DNA of 10,685 bases, taken from the NCBI GenBank assembly GCA_002308775.1, contig DBVT01000075.1, positions 28,206-38,890 of the forward strand. The letters run 5' to 3'. The translations under genes and the position numbers were made by a program. The number at the start of each line of letters is the position of its first letter. Within the stretch, counting starts at the first letter, position 1. This document shows positions 6,647 through 10,685 of the stretch, in pieces. The notes under the pieces are model-generated. The model saw nothing but the letters and a program-made list of their open reading frames with translations, was not told the origin of the DNA and ran no database searches. The DNA is from Mageeibacillus sp. UBA1257 (GTDB taxonomy: Bacteria > Bacillota > Clostridia > UBA1212 > UBA1257).

Positions 6647-7504
6647 TCAGCTTCTTCTTGTCTGCCGGTCGTTGACAGCATTTGTATGCAAGTCACACAT
6701 GTTTTTCCTGTACGCCGCCGGTGATATTCCTTCCGCTTGTTTGAACACACTGCAAAAATGAGAGAAATTCGCAAATCCGTTTTCCGCTGCCACGACCGAA
6801 ATCGGTTTTTCAGTATCGAGCAGCGTTATTTTTGCCATCGTGATCCGTTGTTCCGTCAAATACTGCATCACGGTCATATTGACTTCTTTACGGAACTCAT
6901 GACACAGATGATACTTGCTGATATTGCATGCATCGGCGATCTCATCCAGTGTCAGCGGATCCTCCAGATGCAGATTGATATAACACAAAACCTGGTTGAT
7001 CAGACTGCTTGAGGGGTTGACCCGGTAGGCGTCTGACAGATGGAGTTGATGCAGGCAGCTTAGAATCTGCAGAATGATGCCGATACCGGATATATCCTCC
7101 GGCGTACCCCCTTTTTCATGTAGTTCGGAAGCCTCTTTGAAGTATCGATCCAATTGATCAAAGGTACCCGAATCGCCGCACTCCGCAGCCCGGAATCTGC
7201 GTTCCATATCATTTAAAATATAGAGTTTGTTGGATACCGATAAAAGCTTCTGCATTTCGGATCGGGAAAACGACAGTTTGTTCCGGATGTATTCCGACGG
7301 TTCTTCCGGGTGAGTGTAATGAAAAACAAGGGAAGGGATAAAATAGATATGATTGGCTTTCATCTGGTACAGAGTATCTCCGATCAGAACTTTTCCGTTC
7401 CCTTGCAGCACCCATATTATTTCTATCTTGTCATCATGATTGTGTGCGCGTTCGGTCAGCGGATCCACACCGATATCGTGATAATACACCCATTCTTCCT
7501 TCAT
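6647..7504 (-). CDS. AraC/XylS-family transcriptional regulator with an N-terminal cupin sensor domain and a C-terminal double HTH. The start I prefer, ATG at 7504, gives 285 aa. The ORF track extends the frame to 7765.
   Basis: The C-terminus LTLDEIADACNISKYHLCHEFRK...ISVVAAENGFANFSHFCSVFKQAEGISPAAYRK is the AraC HTH signature. GGAG lies 5 nt upstream of the ATG at 7504 (MKEEWVYYHD...). The upstream 87 in-frame codons are AT-rich, contain promoter elements and lack an RBS. Confidence 0.8.
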   Translation of the reverse strand: MKEEWVYYHDIGVDPLTERAHNHDDKIEIIWVLQGNGKVLIGDTLYQMKANHIYFIPSLVFHYTHPEEPSEYIRNKLSFSRSEMQKLLSVSNKLYILNDMERRFRAAECGDSGTFDQLDRYFKEASELHEKGGTPEDISGIGIILQILSCLHQLHLSDAYRVNPSSSLINQVLCYINLHLEDPLTLDEIADACNISKYHLCHEFRKEVNMTVMQYLTEQRITMAKITLLDTEKPISVVAAENGFANFSHFCSVFKQAEGISPAAYRKNMCDLHTNAVNDRQTRRS

Positions 7505-7544
7505 ATGAGCTCCGTAATCGTTATTTTTTAACAAATCCTCAAAA

Positions 7545-7575
7545 ATAGTATGGCATGGTTTTTTGTTCTTGTCAA
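7545..7575 (-). promoter_or_regulatory. Candidate promoter of the AraC-family gene
   Basis: On the minus strand the -35 is TTGACA (plus 7570-7575), followed by a 19-nt spacer and -10 TACTAT (plus 7545-7550). The spacer is long, so confidence is modest. Confidence 0.35.
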
Positions 7576-7620
7576 GGTTTCTCTTGTCGAATACCGCAAT
7601 TTGAAAACATTTTTCGACAA
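7567..7620 (+). promoter_or_regulatory. Cluster of TTGTC(A/G)A motifs in the divergent AraC/nanA control region, a candidate operator
   Basis: TCTTGTCA (7567-7574) and TCTTGTCG (7583-7590) form a direct repeat. The reverse-complement copy TTCGACAA (7613-7620) forms an inverted repeat with 7585-7592. A nested GAAAAcaTTTTTC palindrome is present. The cluster overlaps the -35 of the AraC promoter. Confidence 0.3.
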
Positions 7621-7705
7621 TTACAAGGAACTGCATACAGCGTCTTTGTGTTAAAATTGGATTAATGAAGAAATCGGGCAGTCGAAACAACAGGAGGAAA
7701 GAAAA

Positions 7706-7783
7706 ATGAGAAGAATTCTGTCGATCGCATCTGCGCTGCTGCCGGCAAAGCGCGCAATCCTCCATTACCGCTGCATACGATAA
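7706..7783 (+). CDS. Small upstream ORF of 25 aa, MRRILSIASALLPAKRAILHYRCIR, with a consensus RBS. It may be a leader peptide or the remnant of a truncated secreted or lipoprotein gene.
   Basis: AGGAGG (7692-7697) lies 8 nt before ATG 7706, and the stop is TAA 7781-7783. The N-terminus resembles a signal peptide. A GC-rich hairpin GCGCT...AGCGC lies inside the ORF. Whether it is truly coding is uncertain. Confidence 0.25.
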   Translation: MRRILSIASALLPAKRAILHYRCIR

Positions 7784-7820
7784 TCTTTACAATGAAGTTG
7801 TAGGATAAAGGAATCTGCTT

Positions 7821-8729
7821 ATGAAACCGGAGTTTTTGAAAGGCATCATGCCTGCCCTTATGACAGGCTTTACCGATGATCATGAAGGGCTTTCCCGCGA
7901 GAGGATCCGTGCCCTGGTACGTTTTCTGATCCGCAAGGGCGTGCATGGTTTATATGTGGGCGGCACATCCGGGGAAATGCTCCTTTGTTCCCCCTCCGAA
8001 CGGATGGAACTGCTTGAGACCGTACTGGAGGAGACCAAAGCAGCAGATCGCCACGTCACGGTCATCACCCATGTGGGATGCAACAGCACCCGCGATACAC
8101 TCCTTCTGGCAAAACACGCGGAAAAAGCCGGCGCGGATGCGGTCTCTTCCGTCACCCCGCTGTTTTTTGCTTACGGTTTTCCTGAAGTGTATCGGTTTTA
8201 TGCGGATATCGCTTCTGCCGTTTCTCTTCCCGTTATCATTTACAACATTCCCGGCAGGACCGGTATGACTCTGAATGCCGAACAGCTCCATGCCTTATTG
8301 ACGATCCCGAATGTGGCCGGTATGAAGTTCACATCATCAGATTTCTATCTGCTTGAAAGACTGATCACCACCCATCCTGACAAGGTATTCTACAATGGAA
8401 GCGACGAAATGCTTCTTTCCGGTCTTGCAGCAGGGGCGGATGGCGGCATCGGTACGACCTATAACTTCCAACCGGAACGGATGCTTGCTATCTACCGGCT
8501 TTACAGGGAGGGCAGAATGCAGGAGGCCCTGGCGGTCCAGCGGGATGCGAATGCCATCATCGAATCTGTTCTGAGCTACGGCGTTTTCCCTGCATGCAAG
8601 GAAATCATGCGGATCGGTGGTCTGGATTACGGGACCTGTCGCGCTCCATATTTGCCGCTGACCGCGGAACAAGCTGAGGGATTGGCGAAAGCCGCCAGGA
8701 TCAATCTGGGTGAAAACTACATGCTTTGA
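7821..8729 (+). CDS. nanA: N-acetylneuraminate lyase (sialic acid aldolase), NanA/DHDPS family
   Basis: GLYVGGTSGE, HVGCNST, IIYNIPGRTG (the Tyr motif) and the Schiff-base Lys in GMKFTSSDFY are present, as is YNGSDEMLLSGLAAGADGGIGTTYN. These are collinear with, and closely similar to, E. coli NanA as I recall it. The RBS AAGGA lies upstream of ATG 7821. Confidence 0.85.
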   Translation: MKPEFLKGIMPALMTGFTDDHEGLSRERIRALVRFLIRKGVHGLYVGGTSGEMLLCSPSERMELLETVLEETKAADRHVTVITHVGCNSTRDTLLLAKHAEKAGADAVSSVTPLFFAYGFPEVYRFYADIASAVSLPVIIYNIPGRTGMTLNAEQLHALLTIPNVAGMKFTSSDFYLLERLITTHPDKVFYNGSDEMLLSGLAAGADGGIGTTYNFQPERMLAIYRLYREGRMQEALAVQRDANAIIESVLSYGVFPACKEIMRIGGLDYGTCRAPYLPLTAEQAEGLAKAARINLGENYML

Positions 8730-8845
8730 TCCCTGCTGCGGAATGCTCTCTTACGGAATCTGTTGCGATCATACCGTGCAGGGAGCTCTCGAAAACCGCG
8801 AACAGACCGGCGCAGAAATACAAAAGATCGCGTGGAGGAAACAGT

Positions 8846-10642
8846 ATGAGGATGCGCAGGATTGCTTCTATATTTCTCTTATGTGTTATTTTTGTGGGAG
8901 GATGCGGCATGGACGTCAACGTTGCTCATGTTCCGACGGATAACAAAAGCGACATCACGGACGGACAGGGAGAAATACTGTTCTCGGAGGATTTCGAAAC
9001 GACGATCGACGAACTGCTTTCCCGCTATAATGTCAGCGTTTCCCTCGGCAACTCATGCGCGGTCGACATTGTGGACGGAAAACTGAAAATGGAAGTAAGT
9101 GACGCAAGCGAAGGCGTTTATCTTGATTTCATGGTGCCTTTCCCGAACCGATTTGTTTTCTCTTACAGGTACATGATCGAAACTGCGGTCTCGGGTGAAG
9201 GCAGTGTAGCCTGCTACGTACTTTATCCGAACGAATTTGTACGTATTATAACCAATGCGAATAGCGGAAGCACGTTCAAATACTGCGACGGCTCTGAGAA
9301 TGCTATCGTTGAAACCGACCTCGAAACAGAGACGGGCGTGTGGTACACCCTGTACACCGCCGTCGATCTGGACGCAGGGACTTATACCATACTCCGGAAA
9401 GAAGACGGATCAGACGAATCCGTGGCGATCGTGAAAGATATGAAACTTCAGGATGTTCCGAAAACGCCGCTTCTGCGTCTGATGACGGAGTGGAACTCCG
9501 CAGCTGTTGCGTACTATGATGACCTTGAGATAAGAACATATGACCCCGAGGATGCACTTATTCATGATGACGAAGGAGAAACAGTAATCGGTGGCGAACA
9601 CAGAGGAGGTACTATGCAGAAATTTATCGTTTCCAAAGACCCGACAATCTTTGAAGCATGGCCGGACGTATGTCTCTGCGATAACGACCGTCTGATATGC
9701 GTATTCAGCGAATGCACGAATCACGGCAATCGCAATATGGCGCGTGTGGCATACGTTGTTTCCGAAGACCGCGGCCGGACGTGGGGGAAAAAACACTATC
9801 TCAGCGAACCCGGAACGCAGCAAGCCTATTTTAACTGTGCCCGTATTTCCCGTCTTTCGGACGGCACGCTGGCAGTTACATGTGATCTCATCAAGGGCGG
9901 CGAAAACGGCCAGAATGTTCAGGTCTACCTGTGGTTCAGTTATGACAATGGCGATACCTGGTCGAAACCCATACAGACGCCTGCCCGCGGAATCGTGCCT
10001 GAACGGCTGACGGAGCTCCCTTCGGGCCGTTGGCTTCTGGCTGCGCACACGAACAGCCCGAAAACAGGAAAACTCTGTCAGTATCTCTGGTACAGTGATG
10101 ATAAAGGGAAGACCTGGTCGGACCGCGTCACAGTAGCGGACGATCCGCGCTACAATCTCTGTGAAGCGGGACTCCTGGTCGTGGACGACGACACCGTGAT
10201 CTGCTTCATGCGGGAGAACTCTTTTCAGGGCTGGGATGGCTTCAAGGCGATCTCCCATGACCGCGGCGAAACATGGGAAGGCGTATATCATGTGCCGCTC
10301 CCGGGCTGTCATCGTCCCACGGTTGGCTGGCTCTCCAACGGATATGCTTTCGTTACATACCGTTTTCTTCAGGGAGGCAATACTCAGTCCAGCACATATC
10401 AGAATGTTATGGGCGCGCTGATCACCCGTGAAAGCGTTCTGGAGACTGTCCGCGACCGCCAGTCTGCGCGCATTTTCCCGCTGTCATATGACCGGAATCT
10501 TCATGCCGACTGCGGTTATACCGGCTGGGTTCAGTTCGACGACGGCGAGATCCTTGTCGTCAATTATCTGATGGACGATGCGAAGAAAGCGTGGATTGAG
10601 GCGATCGTGTTTCGTCCCGAGGATATACTGATCGTGAACTGA
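8846..10642 (+). CDS. Lipoprotein with an N-terminal lectin/CBM-like domain of about 230 aa and a C-terminal Asp-box (BNR) beta-propeller. I read it as a putative exo-alpha-sialidase-like glycosidase (GH33-like), although the canonical FRIP motif is not evident.
   Basis: There are four S-x-D-x-G-x-T-W Asp-boxes: SEDRGRTW (9761-9784), SYDNGDTW (9938-9961), SDDKGKTW (10094-10117) and SHDRGETW (10253-10276). A lipoprotein signal MRMRRIASIFLLCVIFVGGC is present. GGAGG lies 7 nt before ATG 8846. The ORF track's TTG 8726 start overlaps the end of nanA and lacks an RBS. The gene sits next to nanA. Confidence 0.75.
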   Translation: MRMRRIASIFLLCVIFVGGCGMDVNVAHVPTDNKSDITDGQGEILFSEDFETTIDELLSRYNVSVSLGNSCAVDIVDGKLKMEVSDASEGVYLDFMVPFPNRFVFSYRYMIETAVSGEGSVACYVLYPNEFVRIITNANSGSTFKYCDGSENAIVETDLETETGVWYTLYTAVDLDAGTYTILRKEDGSDESVAIVKDMKLQDVPKTPLLRLMTEWNSAAVAYYDDLEIRTYDPEDALIHDDEGETVIGGEHRGGTMQKFIVSKDPTIFEAWPDVCLCDNDRLICVFSECTNHGNRNMARVAYVVSEDRGRTWGKKHYLSEPGTQQAYFNCARISRLSDGTLAVTCDLIKGGENGQNVQVYLWFSYDNGDTWSKPIQTPARGIVPERLTELPSGRWLLAAHTNSPKTGKLCQYLWYSDDKGKTWSDRVTVADDPRYNLCEAGLLVVDDDTVICFMRENSFQGWDGFKAISHDRGETWEGVYHVPLPGCHRPTVGWLSNGYAFVTYRFLQGGNTQSSTYQNVMGALITRESVLETVRDRQSARIFPLSYDRNLHADCGYTGWVQFDDGEILVVNYLMDDAKKAWIEAIVFRPEDILIVN

Positions 10643-10685
10643 GGTATTTGCGGTTCGGGAAAACCTTTGAAAACGAAATGCAGAT

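Noticed and set aside
8726-8845. The TTG-initiated N-terminal extension of the sialidase ORF that overlaps the nanA stop
   Set aside because: It has no RBS and the encoded peptide lacks signal-peptide character. An ATG at 8846 with GGAGG and a lipoprotein signal is a far better start.
9410-10312. A 300-aa ORF on the minus strand, antisense to the sialidase-like gene
   Set aside because: The translation is Arg/Ala/Pro-rich and low in complexity. It has no RBS or promoter and lies entirely within a well-supported sense gene. This is the usual open antisense frame of GC-rich coding DNA.
10650-10668. A possible terminator after the sialidase-like gene (GGTT-cgggaa-AACC-TTT)
   Set aside because: The stem is only 4 bp and the T-run only 3 nt, and the window ends immediately afterwards. 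This is too weak to call.
1-10685. CRISPR arrays, tRNA or rRNA genes, IS elements or transposase fragments, integrases, toxin-antitoxin or restriction-modification genes
   Set aside because: There are no regularly spaced direct repeats and no cloverleaf-compatible segments. There are no terminal inverted repeats with a transposase ORF, and no such protein signatures in any frame.

Overview
This window looks like chromosomal DNA from a Firmicutes-type bacterium, probably a Clostridia gut anaerobe. The supporting signs are GGAGG ribosome-binding sites, TGn extended -10 promoters, yabB-rsmI synteny, a ferredoxin gene and a PdaA-type cortex deacetylase. The left two-thirds (1-6570) carries housekeeping and cell-envelope genes. 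These are a 2x[4Fe-4S] ferredoxin that the ORF track missed, a COG4123 tRNA m6A methyltransferase translationally coupled to rsmI, a convergent acidic/multi-TM membrane protein, a membrane-tethered PdaA-like polysaccharide deacetylase with a co-oriented unknown membrane-anchored protein, and a monocistronic SPFH/band-7 protein fused to three zinc ribbons. After a strong intrinsic terminator near 6527-6566 the composition becomes visibly more GC-rich and the content changes to a compact sialic-acid (nan) module. That module comprises a divergently transcribed cupin-AraC regulator, a 25-codon upstream ORF with a consensus RBS, N-acetylneuraminate lyase (nanA), and a lipoprotein with four Asp-boxes and an N-terminal lectin-like domain, which I read as a sialidase-like protein lacking a recognisable FRIP motif. 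I found no rRNA, tRNA, CRISPR array, IS element or obvious defence system. The most interesting points are the non-canonical sialidase-like lipoprotein in what may be a horizontally acquired nan module, the operator-like repeats in its divergent control region, back-to-back promoters that share a -35 position between the membrane protein and the deacetylase, and the internally duplicated zinc-ribbon tail of the SPFH protein.
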